A DNA stretch of 64,000 bases from Escherichia coli (GTDB lineage Bacteria > Pseudomonadota > Gammaproteobacteria > Enterobacterales > Enterobacteriaceae): the NCBI RefSeq assembly GCF_044324785.1, contig NZ_CP172127.1; one strand, written 5' to 3'. Positions 39,931-50,972 of this stretch are shown here, piece after piece; the first letter of the stretch is position 1; each line of letters starts with the position of its first letter. The translations under genes and the position numbers were made by a program. Below the pieces are notes generated by a model. The model searched no databases. It saw only the letters and a program-made list of their open reading frames with translations, and was not told the origin of the DNA.

Positions 39931-42483
39931 TCAGAACAATTCCTGTGCCTCGCCATTATCGATAATGGTCGTTCCCACCTCGTGCACCGCCTGTTGTGTC
40001 GGCTGCGTACCTTCGATGAAATACTCTTCGCGGCTGTTGCCACCATTAGCTAACTGCCCGGTGCTGCGATCGATATTCACCGTCACAATACCCGGCGGCG
40101 GCGTCAGCGGCTGCTCCGGCACACCTTCAAGAACGGCTTTCATATAAGCGTCCCATGCAGGCTGGGCACTCTTGGCACCGCCTTCGTAACCTGAGATCTG
40201 ATCTTTAATCGCTCCGGAAGCCGTTGTATGACCGAGATTACGACGGTGATCATCAAAGCCAATCCAGACCGAGGTCACAACGCCCGGACCGTAACCCGAA
40301 AACCACGCATCTTTCGAACTGTTAGTGGTACCGGTTTTCCCGCCGATATCGCGACGCTGCAAATCACGACCTGCACGCCAGCCAGTACCCTGCCAGCCTG
40401 GCTCACCAAAGATATTGGTGTTCAAAGCACTCTTAATCAGGAATGCCAGCGGAGTGTTGATGACGTGCGGCGCGTACTCCTGTGCGCCAGTCTTCGCCAC
40501 TAACGCCTGATTTGCCTGCTCCAGCTGCGGCATTGGTACAGAAACATTCTGCTGCTCGCGGGAGATAGCGACATCTTCAACATCGTTATTTTCCAGCACG
40601 TTCGATTTCTGCGTATCACCGTAAATCACCGGAATATCGCATTCCGGGCAGGCTACTTTCGGTTTCGCTTCGAAAATCACGCCGCCCTGATCGTTTTCAA
40701 TTTTGCTGATAAACCACGGGTCCACCAGGAAGCCGCCGTTCGCCATGACCGCGTAGCCGCGCGCCACCTGCATTGGGGTGAAGGACGCTGAACCCAGCGC
40801 CAGCGATTCGGTGTGGACAATGTTTTGCGCCGGGAAGCCGAAGCGTTGCAGATATTCTGCAGCGTAGTCGACGCCCATCGCCCGCATTGCGCGTACCATC
40901 ACCACGTTTTTCGACTGGCCCAGTCCCTGACGTAAGCGAATTGGACCGGCATACTGCGGTGGTGAGTTCTTCGGCTGCCAGTCAGAACCGGCACCTGCAT
41001 CCCAGCGGGAAATTGGCACATCGTTCAACATACTTGCCAGTGTCAGACCTTTATCCATCGCCGCGGTGTAGAGGAACGGTTTGATGTTGGAACCTACCTG
41101 ACGCAGTGCCTGGGTGGCGCGGTTAAACTTGCTCTGATTGAAATCAAAGCCACCGACCAGCGCCATAACGGCACCGTTTTGCGGATTGATCGACACCAGC
41201 GCCGAGTTCACTTCCGGCACTTGCGCCAGCCACCATGCATCGCCAACCTGACGAACCCAGATTTGCTGACCCGTTTGCAGAACATCGGTCACTTTACGCG
41301 GCGTCGGTCCCTGCTGAGTATCCGAACGGTAAGGACGCGCCCAGCGAACGCCTTCCATACTCAATACGACGGTCGACCCGTCCGCCAGCATCGCCGTCGC
41401 TTCCTGAGGATTGGCGCTGGTGACTGCGGCAGGCAGCAGCGGACCATAGGTCGGCAGCGCCTTCAACGTATCGGTAATCTTGTTGTTATCCCACGCCGAC
41501 TCGCCCACTTTCCACAGCACATTTGCCGGGCCGCGATAGCCGTGGCGCATGTCGTAGTCCAGCACGTTATTACGTACTGCCTGCTGTGCGGCCTGCTGTA
41601 CTTTGCGGGTGATGGTGGTGTAAATGCGATAACCGTCTTCATAGGCACTTTCGCCATAACGGTTATACATCTCCTGGCGCACCATTTCGCTCAGGTACGG
41701 CGCAGAGAAAGCAATCTCCGGCGCGTGATAGTTAGCGTTAATCGCCTCAGTGCGTGTCTGATCGAACTGTTGTTGGGTGATATACCCTTCATCCAGCATC
41801 CGCGACAGCACGACGTTACGCCGCGCGACGGCACGATCCATCGAGTAGAGCGGGTTGAAGGTGGAAGGCGCTTTCGGCAGCCCGGCTATCACCGCCATTT
41901 CGTTCAGCGTCAGTTGGTCGACCGTTTTACCGAAATAGACTTGTGCCGCAGCACCGACACCATAGGCGCGGTAACCGAGGTAAATCTTGTTCAGATAAAG
42001 CTCGAGGATCTCGTCTTTCGTCAGCAACTGTTCAATGCGAATCGCGAGGAAGACTTCCTTAATCTTACGCATCAGCGTGCGTTCTGGACTGAGGAAGAAG
42101 TTTCTCGCCAGCTGCTGGGTAATGGTACTCGCCCCTTGTGACGCGTGGCCGGAGAACAGCGCCACACTTGCCGCACGGAAGATCCCCACCGGGTCAACGC
42201 CGTGATGCTCGTAGAAGCGGCTGTCTTCCGTCGCGATAAAGGCTTTCACCATCTCCGGCGGGATTTGATCCAACGTAACCGGAATACGACGTTTCTCACC
42301 GTATTGAGCGATCAGCTCGCCATCGGCGCTGTAAATCTGCATCGGAATTTGCAGGCGAACATCTTTTAATGTCGCCACATCCGGCAGTTGTGGCTCGATG
42401 TAGCGGTATAGGCCATAAATCGAGCCTGCTCCCAGCAGAATGCAACAGACTGCAAGGATCAAAAAATACTTTACGAACTTCAC
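39931..42483 (-). CDS. mrcA: penicillin-binding protein 1A (bifunctional transglycosylase/transpeptidase)
   Basis: PBP1a sequence with SxxK (SNIKP) and KTGT motifs; start placed at the GTG giving MKFVKYFLILAVC (850 aa, the form I recall); an upstream ATG at 42507 would add 8 codons. Confidence 0.92.
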   Translation of the reverse strand: MKFVKYFLILAVCCILLGAGSIYGLYRYIEPQLPDVATLKDVRLQIPMQIYSADGELIAQYGEKRRIPVTLDQIPPEMVKAFIATEDSRFYEHHGVDPVGIFRAASVALFSGHASQGASTITQQLARNFFLSPERTLMRKIKEVFLAIRIEQLLTKDEILELYLNKIYLGYRAYGVGAAAQVYFGKTVDQLTLNEMAVIAGLPKAPSTFNPLYSMDRAVARRNVVLSRMLDEGYITQQQFDQTRTEAINANYHAPEIAFSAPYLSEMVRQEMYNRYGESAYEDGYRIYTTITRKVQQAAQQAVRNNVLDYDMRHGYRGPANVLWKVGESAWDNNKITDTLKALPTYGPLLPAAVTSANPQEATAMLADGSTVVLSMEGVRWARPYRSDTQQGPTPRKVTDVLQTGQQIWVRQVGDAWWLAQVPEVNSALVSINPQNGAVMALVGGFDFNQSKFNRATQALRQVGSNIKPFLYTAAMDKGLTLASMLNDVPISRWDAGAGSDWQPKNSPPQYAGPIRLRQGLGQSKNVVMVRAMRAMGVDYAAEYLQRFGFPAQNIVHTESLALGSASFTPMQVARGYAVMANGGFLVDPWFISKIENDQGGVIFEAKPKVACPECDIPVIYGDTQKSNVLENNDVEDVAISREQQNVSVPMPQLEQANQALVAKTGAQEYAPHVINTPLAFLIKSALNTNIFGEPGWQGTGWRAGRDLQRRDIGGKTGTTNSSKDAWFSGYGPGVVTSVWIGFDDHRRNLGHTTASGAIKDQISGYEGGAKSAQPAWDAYMKAVLEGVPEQPLTPPPGIVTVNIDRSTGQLANGGNSREEYFIEGTQPTQQAVHEVGTTIIDNGEAQELF

Positions 42484-42602
42484 TGGAAATTTCCCATTTA
42501 GTTTCATTTGGGCAGTTTATAAACAAACGCGCGGTAGTATAAAGGCAAGCCAGACGCATTGATATACCCGTCAGAGTGACGGGTGATAAGGAGATCATCA
42601 CA

Positions 42603-43382
42603 ATGGCATTTAAGATCTGGCAAATTGGTTTGCATTTACAACAGCAAGAAGCGGTAGCGGTTGCTATCGTGCGGGGCACAAAAGAATGCTTTTTGCAACG
42701 CTGGTGGCGGTTGCCGCTGGAGAACGACATAATCAAAGATGGGCGGGTTGTCGATGCACAGCGGCTGGCTAACACGTTGTTACCGTGGAGTCGCGAACTG
42801 CCGCAGCGTCATCACATTATGTTGGCATTTCCCGCCAGTCGCACATTACAGCGGTCATTTCCACGCCCGTCGATGTCCCTTGGTGAGCGGGAGCAAACGG
42901 CCTGGCTGTCCGGGACGATGGCCCGCGAGCTGGATATGGATCCGGACTCCCTGCGCTTCGATTACAGCGAAGACTCACTCAGTCCCGCCTATAACGTGAC
43001 TGCCGCGCAAAGCAAAGAGCTGGCAACGCTGCTTACTCTGGCAGAAAGGTTGCGTGTTCATGTTAGCGCGATCACCCCGGATGCCAGTGCATTACAGCGA
43101 TTCCTGCCTTTTTTACCTTCTCATCAGCAATGTCTGGCCTGGCGTGATAACGAACAGTGGCTGTGGGCGACGCGCTATAGCTGGGGGCGCAAACTGGCGG
43201 TGGGGATGACTAGCGCGAAGGAGCTGGCGGCAGCGTTATGCGTTGATCCCGAAAGCGTCGCGCTATGTGGCGAAGGCGGATTTGACCCCTGGGAGGCGGT
43301 TTCTGTTCGTCAGCCGCCGCTACCGCCGCCAGGTGGAGACTTTGCCATCGCGCTGGGGCTGGCGCTTGGGAAGGTGTACTGA
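42603..43382 (+). CDS. hofM: PilM-like type IV pilus / DNA-uptake assembly protein HofM
   Basis: Start set at MAFKIWQIGLHLQQQE (259 aa); first gene of the hofMNOPQ cluster. Confidence 0.88.
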   Translation: MAFKIWQIGLHLQQQEAVAVAIVRGTKECFLQRWWRLPLENDIIKDGRVVDAQRLANTLLPWSRELPQRHHIMLAFPASRTLQRSFPRPSMSLGEREQTAWLSGTMARELDMDPDSLRFDYSEDSLSPAYNVTAAQSKELATLLTLAERLRVHVSAITPDASALQRFLPFLPSHQQCLAWRDNEQWLWATRYSWGRKLAVGMTSAKELAAALCVDPESVALCGEGGFDPWEAVSVRQPPLPPPGGDFAIALGLALGKVY

Positions 43383-43921
43383 TGAACCCGCCAATTAATT
43401 TTTTGCCTTGGCGACAGCAACGCCGGACCGCTTTTCTTCGTTTCTGGTTACTGATGTTCGTTGCGCCTCTGCTGCTGGCCGTCGGGATAACGCTAATACT
43501 GCGTCTGACAAGCAACGCCGAAGCACGCGTAGACACTGTTTTGCTTCAGGCGGAACAACAACTCGCCCGCAGCTTACAGATAACGAAACCACGTTTGCTG
43601 GAGCGCCAACAAATTCGTGAGCAGCGTTTGCAAAGGCAGCGCCAGCGACAATTTACCCGCGACTGGCAATCTGCGCTGGAAGCACTGGCGGCGCTTTTAC
43701 CCGAGCACGCCTGGCTGACAACGATAAGCTGGCAGCAGGGAACGCTGGAGATCAAGGGGCTGACAACAAGCATTACCGCGTTAAACGCGCTGGAAACGTC
43801 ACTCCGCCAGGATGCTTTTTTTCATCTCAATCAGCGGGGGGCCACGCAGCAGGATGCGCAGGGACGCTGGCAATTTGAGTATCAGTTAACAAGGAAGGTT
43901 AGCGATGGACATGCTCTTTGA
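43382..43921 (+). CDS. hofN: PilN-like protein HofN
   Basis: 179-aa ORF whose ATG overlaps the hofM stop (TGATG); single N-terminal TM segment. Confidence 0.88.
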   Translation: MNPPINFLPWRQQRRTAFLRFWLLMFVAPLLLAVGITLILRLTSNAEARVDTVLLQAEQQLARSLQITKPRLLERQQIREQRLQRQRQRQFTRDWQSALEALAALLPEHAWLTTISWQQGTLEIKGLTTSITALNALETSLRQDAFFHLNQRGATQQDAQGRWQFEYQLTRKVSDGHAL

Positions 43922-44345
43922 CTGGTGGTTCGCCGCATCACCCCGCCTCCGCCAGCTTTGCTGGGCATTCTGGTTGATGATGTTAGTTACGCTCATTTTT
44001 CTGTCATCGACACACCAGGGAGAGAGCGACGCATTAATTCGACTACGGGCGAGTCATCACCAGCAGTGGGCCGCACTGTATCGCCTGGTAGACACCACTC
44101 CCTTCAGCGAAGAAAAAACGCTGCCCTTTTCGCCACTGGATTTTCAGTTATCCGGCGCGCAACTGGTTTACTGGCATCCATCCGCGCAGGGAGGTGAGTT
44201 GGCGTTGAAAACGCTGTGGGAAGCAGTGCCGTCGGCATTTACACGGCTGGCAGAGCGCAACGTCAGCGTGAGCCGTTTTTCGTTAAGCGTGGAAGGTGAT
44301 GACCTTTTGTTCACGCTACAACTGGAGACGCCGCATGAGGGTTAA
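43905..44345 (+). CDS. hofO: PilO-like protein HofO
   Basis: 146-aa ORF MDMLFDWWFAASPRLRQL...; overlaps hofN by 17 nt. Confidence 0.88.
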   Translation: MDMLFDWWFAASPRLRQLCWAFWLMMLVTLIFLSSTHQGESDALIRLRASHHQQWAALYRLVDTTPFSEEKTLPFSPLDFQLSGAQLVYWHPSAQGGELALKTLWEAVPSAFTRLAERNVSVSRFSLSVEGDDLLFTLQLETPHEG

Positions 44346-44739
44346 ACGCTGGTTGTTGGCAGGTATTGCATTGTGCCTTTTAACCGGTATGCGTGACCCT
44401 TTTAAACCGCCGGAAGATCTATGCCGGATTAGCGAACTTAGCCAGTGGCGCTATCAGGGGATGGTAGGGCGAGGCGAGCGCATCATCGGTGTAATAAAAG
44501 ACGGGCAAAAAAAATGGCGACGGGTGCAGCAAAACGATGTGCTGGAAAACGGCTGGACGATCTTACAGCTGACGCCAGACGCACTAACGCTGGGAACCGG
44601 GACAAACTGCGAACCGCCACACTGGTTGTGGCAACGGCAAGGAGATACAAATGAAGCAATGGATAGCAGCACTACTGTTGATGCTGATACCCGGCGTACA
44701 GGCGGCAAAGCCGCAAAAAGTGACACTGATGGTGGATGA
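44335..44739 (+). CDS. hofP: PilP-like lipoprotein HofP
   Basis: Start set at MRVKRWLLAGIALCLLTGM (lipobox-like LLTGMRD), 134 aa; overlaps hofO by 11 nt. Confidence 0.85.
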   Translation: MRVKRWLLAGIALCLLTGMRDPFKPPEDLCRISELSQWRYQGMVGRGERIIGVIKDGQKKWRRVQQNDVLENGWTILQLTPDALTLGTGTNCEPPHWLWQRQGDTNEAMDSSTTVDADTRRTGGKAAKSDTDGG

Positions 44740-45889
44740 CGTTCCGGTAGCTCAGGTGTTGCAGGCGCTGGCTGAACAGGAGAAGTTGAACCTGGTGGTG
44801 TCGCCAGACGTCAGCGGTACGGTGTCGTTACATCTAACAGATGTTCCCTGGAAGCAAGCACTACAAACTGTAGTGAAAAGCGCCGGACTGATAACGCGTC
44901 AGGAGGGCAACATTCTCTCGGTGCATTCCGTTGCCTGGCAGAATGACAATATCGCCCGTCAGGAGGCGGAGCAGGCGCGGGCGCAGGCAAATCTGCCGCT
45001 GGAAAATCGCAGTATAACCCTGCAATACGCCGACGCGGGAGAACTGGCGAAAGCCGGGGAGAAGCTACTGAGTGCCAAAGGGAGTATGACCGTCGATAAA
45101 CGCACCAATCGCCTTTTGCTGCGAGATAACAAAACGGCGTTAAGCGCGCTTGAACAGTGGGTAGCGCAAATGGATCTGCCGGTCGGGCAGGTTGAGCTGT
45201 TGGCGCATATTGTCACCATTAATGAAAAAAGTTTGCGTGAGTTAGGCGTGAAATGGACGTTGGCTGATGCGCAACAAGCTGGTGGCGTTGGGCAAGTCAC
45301 CACGCTTGGCAGCGACCTCTCCGTAGCGACGGCGACAACGCATGTCGGTTTTAACATTGGACGCATCAACGGACGTTTACTGGATCTTGAGCTTTCCGCG
45401 CTCGAACAAAAACAGCAGCTGGATATTATCGCCAGTCCGCGTCTGCTGGCCTCTCATCTTCAGCCTGCCAGCATTAAACAGGGGAGCGAAATTCCATATC
45501 AGGTTTCCAGCGGGGAAAGTGGCGCGACGTCGGTGGAATTTAAAGAGGCCGTCCTGGGGATGGAGGTCACGCCCACGGTGTTACAAAAAGGTCGCATCCG
45601 GCTGAAATTACACATCAGCCAGAACGTTCCGGGGCAGGTGCTACAGCAGGCCGATGGCGAAGTGCTGGCGATTGATAAGCAGGAGATCGAAACGCAGGTC
45701 GAGGTCAAAAGCGGAGAAACGTTGGCGCTGGGTGGCATTTTTACCCGTAAAAATAAATCGGGGCAGGATAGCGTACCGTTGCTTGGCGACATTCCCTGGT
45801 TCGGGCAATTATTTCGTCATGACGGAAAAGAAGATGAACGACGCGAGTTAGTGGTGTTTATCACGCCACGACTGGTTTCCAGTGAGTAA
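44651..45889 (+). CDS. hofQ: secretin HofQ (PilQ/ComE-type outer membrane DNA-uptake channel)
   Basis: 412-aa ORF with signal peptide and secretin C-domain; overlaps hofP by 89 nt. Confidence 0.92.
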   Translation: MKQWIAALLLMLIPGVQAAKPQKVTLMVDDVPVAQVLQALAEQEKLNLVVSPDVSGTVSLHLTDVPWKQALQTVVKSAGLITRQEGNILSVHSVAWQNDNIARQEAEQARAQANLPLENRSITLQYADAGELAKAGEKLLSAKGSMTVDKRTNRLLLRDNKTALSALEQWVAQMDLPVGQVELLAHIVTINEKSLRELGVKWTLADAQQAGGVGQVTTLGSDLSVATATTHVGFNIGRINGRLLDLELSALEQKQQLDIIASPRLLASHLQPASIKQGSEIPYQVSSGESGATSVEFKEAVLGMEVTPTVLQKGRIRLKLHISQNVPGQVLQQADGEVLAIDKQEIETQVEVKSGETLALGGIFTRKNKSGQDSVPLLGDIPWFGQLFRHDGKEDERRELVVFITPRLVSSE

Positions 45890-46289
45890 ACAGCCGTAAA
45901 AGCGGTAATGTTTTTACGCTGAACGTGTTTCATCTATTTGACGCGCGCAGGTATTTAGCATACAAGGAGTACCGATTTGAGAGTTGGTGCTCTTCGCTGC
46001 CTGCGTTCCATGATGATGATTTATCATTCAGGCGGCATTTTGCTGTCTTTTTTACGCTAATCTTACCCGGTGATTTATCGCCAGAGCGGTGGTAGCAAGG
46101 CAGCGCGCTTGCAGCGACCAGATATGCAGGGGGATGGGTGATTTATTCAGTTGCCAAACCCGCTGGAGTATTGAGATAATTTTCAGTCTGACTCTCGCAA
46201 TATCTTATGAGGTTTCAGTTCATGTCCTGCGGCGCTCTCTGAGCGAAGCGGGTTTATCATTAACGAATAGTCTTAGTAGTACCGAAAAA

Positions 46290-46811
46290 ATGGCAGAGAA
46301 ACGCAATATCTTTCTGGTTGGGCCTATGGGTGCCGGAAAAAGCACTATTGGGCGCCAGTTAGCTCAACAACTCAATATGGAATTTTACGATTCCGATCAA
46401 GAGATTGAGAAACGAACCGGAGCTGATGTGGGCTGGGTTTTCGATTTAGAAGGCGAAGAAGGCTTCCGCGATCGCGAAGAAAAGGTCATCAATGAGTTGA
46501 CCGAGAAACAGGGTATTGTGCTGGCTACTGGCGGCGGCTCTGTGAAATCCCGCGAAACGCGTAACCGTCTTTCCGCACGTGGCGTTGTCGTTTATCTTGA
46601 AACGACCATCGAAAAGCAACTTGCACGCACGCAGCGTGATAAAAAACGCCCGTTGCTGCACGTTGAAACACCGCCGCGTGAAGTTCTGGAAGCGTTGGCC
46701 AATGAACGCAATCCGCTGTATGAAGAGATTGCCGACGTGACCATTCGTACTGATGATCAAAGCGCTAAAGTGGTCGCAAACCAGATTATTCACATGCTGG
46801 AAAGCAACTAA
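46290..46811 (+). CDS. aroK: shikimate kinase I
   Basis: Start set at [25 protein letters not shown] (P-loop), 173 aa; the ORF track extends 67 codons upstream through the promoter region. Confidence 0.95.
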   Translation: MAEKRNIFLVGPMGAGKSTIGRQLAQQLNMEFYDSDQEIEKRTGADVGWVFDLEGEEGFRDREEKVINELTEKQGIVLATGGGSVKSRETRNRLSARGVVVYLETTIEKQLARTQRDKKRPLLHVETPPREVLEALANERNPLYEEIADVTIRTDDQSAKVVANQIIHMLESN

Positions 46812-46867
46812 TTCTGGCTTTATATACACTCGTCTGCGGGTACAGTAATTAAGGTGGATGTCGCGTT

Positions 46868-47956
46868 ATGGAGAGGATTGTCGTTACTCTCGGGGAACGT
46901 AGTTACCCAATTACCATCGCATCTGGTTTGTTTAATGAACCAGCTTCATTCTTACCGCTGAAATCGGGCGAGCAGGTCATGTTGGTCACCAACGAAACCC
47001 TGGCTCCTCTGTATCTCGATAAGGTCCGCGGCGTACTTGAACAGGCGGGTGTTAACGTCGATAGCGTTATCCTCCCTGACGGCGAGCAGTATAAAAGCCT
47101 GGCTGTACTCGATACCGTCTTTACGGCGTTGTTACAAAAGCCGCATGGTCGCGATACTACGCTGGTGGCGCTTGGCGGCGGCGTAGTGGGCGATCTGACC
47201 GGCTTTGCGGCGGCGAGTTATCAGCGCGGTGTACGTTTCATTCAAGTCCCGACGACGTTGCTGTCGCAGGTCGATTCCTCCGTTGGCGGCAAAACTGCGG
47301 TCAACCATCCCCTCGGTAAAAACATGATTGGCGCGTTCTACCAGCCTGCTTCAGTGGTGGTGGATCTCGACTGTCTGAAAACGCTTCCCCCGCGTGAGTT
47401 AGCGTCGGGGCTGGCAGAAGTCATCAAATACGGCATTATTCTTGACGGTGCGTTTTTCAACTGGCTGGAAGAGAATCTGGATGCGTTGTTGCGTCTGGAC
47501 GGTCCGGCAATGGCGTACTGTATTCGCCGTTGTTGTGAACTGAAGGCAGAAGTTGTCGCCGCCGACGAGCGCGAAACCGGGTTACGTGCTTTACTGAATC
47601 TGGGACACACCTTTGGTCATGCCATTGAAGCTGAAATGGGGTATGGCAATTGGTTACACGGTGAATCGGTCGCTGCGGGTATGGTGATGGCGGCGCGGAC
47701 GTCGGAACGTCTCGGGCAGTTTAGTTCTGCCGAAACGCAGCGTATTATAACCCTGCTCACGCGGGCTGGGTTACCGGTCAATGGGCCGCGCGAAATGTCT
47801 GCGCAGGCGTATTTACCGCATATGCTGCGTGACAAGAAAGTCCTTGCGGGAGAGATGCGCTTAATTCTTCCGTTGGCAATTGGTAAGAGTGAAGTTCGCA
47901 GCGGCGTTTCGCACGAGCTTGTTCTTAACGCCATTGCCGATTGTCAATCAGCGTAA
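46868..47956 (+). CDS. aroB: 3-dehydroquinate synthase
   Basis: 362-aa [25 protein letters not shown]...; matches my memory of AroB. Confidence 0.96.
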   Translation: MERIVVTLGERSYPITIASGLFNEPASFLPLKSGEQVMLVTNETLAPLYLDKVRGVLEQAGVNVDSVILPDGEQYKSLAVLDTVFTALLQKPHGRDTTLVALGGGVVGDLTGFAAASYQRGVRFIQVPTTLLSQVDSSVGGKTAVNHPLGKNMIGAFYQPASVVVDLDCLKTLPPRELASGLAEVIKYGIILDGAFFNWLEENLDALLRLDGPAMAYCIRRCCELKAEVVAADERETGLRALLNLGHTFGHAIEAEMGYGNWLHGESVAAGMVMAARTSERLGQFSSAETQRIITLLTRAGLPVNGPREMSAQAYLPHMLRDKKVLAGEMRLILPLAIGKSEVRSGVSHELVLNAIADCQSA

Positions 47957-48047
47957 CAACAAGAAAGGTCAGGCCGCTTATCAAGCGGTCTATTAGCTTC
48001 AGGTTAATTGCAACGTGGTAAGCATTAACCTTTTAGTGGGGTGTTAA

Positions 48048-49334
48048 ATGGATGAATTCAAACCAGAAGACGAGCTGAAACCCGATCCCAGCGATCGTCG
48101 TACTGGTCGTTCTCGTCAATCTTCTGAACGTTCTGAGCGTACTGAACGTGGCGAACCGCAGATCAATTTTGATGATATTGAACTTGATGACACTGACGAT
48201 CGCCGTCCGACTCGTGCGCAAAAAGAGCGCAATGAGGAACCGGAAATCGAAGAAGAAATTGACGAATCCGAAGATGAAACCGTGGATGAAGAGCGCGTAG
48301 AGCGTCGTCCGCGTAAGCGCAAAAAAGCAGCCAGTAAACCCGCTTCTCGTCAGTATATGATGATGGGCGTCGGCATTCTGGTTCTCCTGCTGTTGATCAT
48401 CGGTATCGGTTCTGCGCTAAAAGCCCCCTCGACCTCTTCCAGCGATCAAACCGCGTCTGGCGAGAAGAGTATTGATCTTGCTGGCAATGCGACCGATCAG
48501 GCGAATGGCGTGCAGCCAGCGCCGGGAACCACGTCTGCGGAAAATACTCAGCAGGATGTTTCTCTGCCGCCGATCTCTTCTACGCCGACTCAAGGGCAAA
48601 CCCCGGCGTCAACGGATGGTCAACAACGTGTTGAAGTGCAGGGTGACCTGAACAATGCGCTGACCCAGCCACAAAATCAGCAACAGCTGAACAATGTGGC
48701 GGTCAATTCTACATTGCCGACTGAACCCGCGACGGTCGCGCCTGTTCGCAATGGCAATGCATCGCGTGACACGGCGAAAACGCAAACCGCTGAACGTCCG
48801 GCCACTACGCGTCCAGCTCGCCAGCAGGCGGTGATTGAACCGAAAAAACCGCAAGCAACCGTGAAAACGGAGCCGAAGCCGGTAGCACAGACGCCGAAGC
48901 GTACTGAACCAGCTGCTCCTGTGGCAAGCACAAAGGCACCGGCTGCGACTTCTACGCCAGCACCAAAAGAGACGGCGACTACGGCTCCAGTACAGACGGC
49001 ATCCCCGGCGCAAACCACGGCAACACCAGCCGCTGGAGGGAAGACCGCAGGTAATGTTGGTTCGTTGAAATCGGCACCGTCCAGCCATTACACTCTGCAG
49101 CTGAGCAGTTCCTCTAACTACGACAACCTGAACGGTTGGGCGAAGAAAGAGAATCTGAAAAACTACGTTGTCTATGAAACGACGCGTAATGGTCAGCCGT
49201 GGTATGTCCTGGTTTCTGGCGTGTACGCTTCGAAAGAAGAGGCGAAAAAAGCGGTATCTACATTGCCAGCAGATGTCCAGGCCAAAAACCCGTGGGCGAA
49301 ACCGCTGCGTCAGGTACAGGCCGATCTGAAGTAA
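48048..49334 (+). CDS. damX: cell division protein DamX (SPOR domain)
   Basis: 428-aa ORF with an acidic N-terminus, TM segment, long low-complexity Q/P/A/T-rich linker and C-terminal SPOR domain. Confidence 0.93.
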   Translation: MDEFKPEDELKPDPSDRRTGRSRQSSERSERTERGEPQINFDDIELDDTDDRRPTRAQKERNEEPEIEEEIDESEDETVDEERVERRPRKRKKAASKPASRQYMMMGVGILVLLLLIIGIGSALKAPSTSSSDQTASGEKSIDLAGNATDQANGVQPAPGTTSAENTQQDVSLPPISSTPTQGQTPASTDGQQRVEVQGDLNNALTQPQNQQQLNNVAVNSTLPTEPATVAPVRNGNASRDTAKTQTAERPATTRPARQQAVIEPKKPQATVKTEPKPVAQTPKRTEPAAPVASTKAPAATSTPAPKETATTAPVQTASPAQTTATPAAGGKTAGNVGSLKSAPSSHYTLQLSSSSNYDNLNGWAKKENLKNYVVYETTRNGQPWYVLVSGVYASKEEAKKAVSTLPADVQAKNPWAKPLRQVQADLK

Positions 49335-49344
49335 TCAAGGTTAT

Positions 49345-49372
49345 CTCCCGCAATGGTTTATCGTTGCGGGAG
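49345..49372 (+). terminator. hairpin CTCCCGCAA-N10-TTGCGGGAG between damX and dam (possible attenuator/partial terminator)
   Basis: 9-bp perfect inverted repeat read directly, 11 nt after the damX stop; no strong U-tract. Confidence 0.35.
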
Positions 49373-49440
49373 TTGCCTGAAGCGCTGGATGCTGTCGGAG
49401 CTTTCTCCACAGCCGGAGAAGGTGTAATTAGTTAGTCAGC

Positions 49441-50277
49441 ATGAAGAAAAATCGCGCTTTTTTGAAGTGGGCAGGGGGCAAGTATCCCCTGCTTGATGAT
49501 ATTAAACGGCATTTGCCTAAGGGCGAATGTCTGGTTGAGCCTTTTGTAGGTGCCGGGTCGGTGTTTCTCAACACCGACTTTTCTCGTTATATCCTTGCCG
49601 ATATCAATAGCGACCTGATCAGTCTCTATAACATTGTGAAGATGCGTACTGATGAGTACGTACAGGCCGCACGCGAGCTGTTTGTTCCCGAAACAAATTG
49701 CGCCGAGGTTTACTATCAGTTCCGCGAAGAGTTCAACAAAAGCCAGGATCCGTTCCGTCGGGCGGTACTGTTTTTATATTTGAACCGCTACGGTTACAAC
49801 GGTCTGTGTCGTTACAATCTGCGCGGTGAGTTTAACGTGCCGTTTGGCCGCTACAAAAAACCCTATTTCCCGGAAGCAGAGTTGTATCACTTCGCTGAAA
49901 AAGCGCAGAATGCCTTTTTCTACTGTGAGTCTTACGCCGATAGCATGGCGCGCGCAGATGATGCATCCGTCGTCTATTGCGATCCGCCTTATGCGCCGCT
50001 GTCTGCGACCGCCAACTTTACGGCGTATCACACAAACAGTTTTACGCTTGAACAACAAGCGCATCTGGCGGAGATCGCCGAAGGTCTGGTTGATCGCCAT
50101 ATTCCAGTGCTGATCTCCAATCACGATACGATGTTAACGCGTGAGTGGTATCAGCGCGCAAAATTGCATGTCGTCAAAGTTCGACGCAGTATAAGCAGCA
50201 ACGGCGGCACACGTAAAAAGGTGGACGAACTGCTGGCTTTGTACAAACCAGGAGTCGTTTCACCCGCGAAAAAATAA
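49441..50277 (+). CDS. dam: DNA adenine methyltransferase (GATC)
   Basis: 278-aa ORF with catalytic DPPY motif (CDPPYAP). Confidence 0.96.
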   Translation: MKKNRAFLKWAGGKYPLLDDIKRHLPKGECLVEPFVGAGSVFLNTDFSRYILADINSDLISLYNIVKMRTDEYVQAARELFVPETNCAEVYYQFREEFNKSQDPFRRAVLFLYLNRYGYNGLCRYNLRGEFNVPFGRYKKPYFPEAELYHFAEKAQNAFFYCESYADSMARADDASVVYCDPPYAPLSATANFTAYHTNSFTLEQQAHLAEIAEGLVDRHIPVLISNHDTMLTREWYQRAKLHVVKVRRSISSNGGTRKKVDELLALYKPGVVSPAKK

Positions 50278-50294
50278 TTCTCAAGGAGAAGCGG

Positions 50295-50972
50295 ATGAAA
50301 CAGTATTTGATTGCCCCCTCAATTCTGTCGGCTGATTTTGCCCGCCTGGGTGAAGATACCGCAAAAGCCCTGGCAGCTGGCGCTGATGTCGTGCATTTTG
50401 ACGTCATGGATAACCACTATGTTCCCAATCTGACTATTGGGCCAATGGTGCTGAAATCCTTGCGTAACTACGGCATTACCGCCCCTATCGACGTACACCT
50501 GATGGTGAAACCCGTCGATCGCATTGTGCCTGATTTCGCTGCCGCTGGTGCCAGCATCATTACCTTTCATCCAGAAGCCTCCGAGCATGTTGATCGCACG
50601 CTGCAACTGATTAAAGAAAATGGCTGTAAAGCGGGTCTGGTATTTAATCCGGCGACACCGCTGAGCTATCTGGATTACGTGATGGATAAGTTGGATGTGA
50701 TCCTGCTGATGTCCGTCAACCCTGGTTTCGGCGGTCAGTCTTTCATTCCGCAAACACTGGATAAACTGCGCGAAGTACGTCGTCGTATCGACGAGTCTGG
50801 CTTTGACATTCGACTGGAAGTTGACGGTGGCGTGAAGGTGAACAACATTGGCGAAATCGCTGCGGCGGGCGCGGATATGTTCGTTGCCGGTTCGGCAATC
50901 TTCGACCAGCCAGACTACAAAAAAGTCATTGATGAAATGCGCAGTGAACTGGCAAAGGTAAGTCATGAATAA
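50295..50972 (+). CDS. rpe: ribulose-phosphate 3-epimerase
   Basis: 225-aa [24 protein letters not shown]...; matches my memory of Rpe. Confidence 0.96.
   Translation: MKQYLIAPSILSADFARLGEDTAKALAAGADVVHFDVMDNHYVPNLTIGPMVLKSLRNYGITAPIDVHLMVKPVDRIVPDFAAAGASIITFHPEASEHVDRTLQLIKENGCKAGLVFNPATPLSYLDYVMDKLDVILLMSVNPGFGGQSFIPQTLDKLREVRRRIDESGFDIRLEVDGGVKVNNIGEIAAAGADMFVAGSAIFDQPDYKKVIDEMRSELAKVSHE

Noticed and set aside
41179-42141. 320-aa plus-strand ORF inside mrcA
   Set aside because: Antisense to PBP1a coding sequence; no start context and no recognisable domain.
46089-46289. Upstream extension of the aroK ORF (67 extra codons in the ORF track); comparable N-terminal extensions at pckA, gntX, yrfG, frlC, frlR, greB, feoB, yhfY, yhfU, hofM, hofP, glpE, glpD, ompR
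   Set aside because: The extensions start at non-ATG codons or lack an RBS and run through promoter or intergenic sequence; the internal ATG gives the protein N-terminus I recognise, so the shorter start was annotated.
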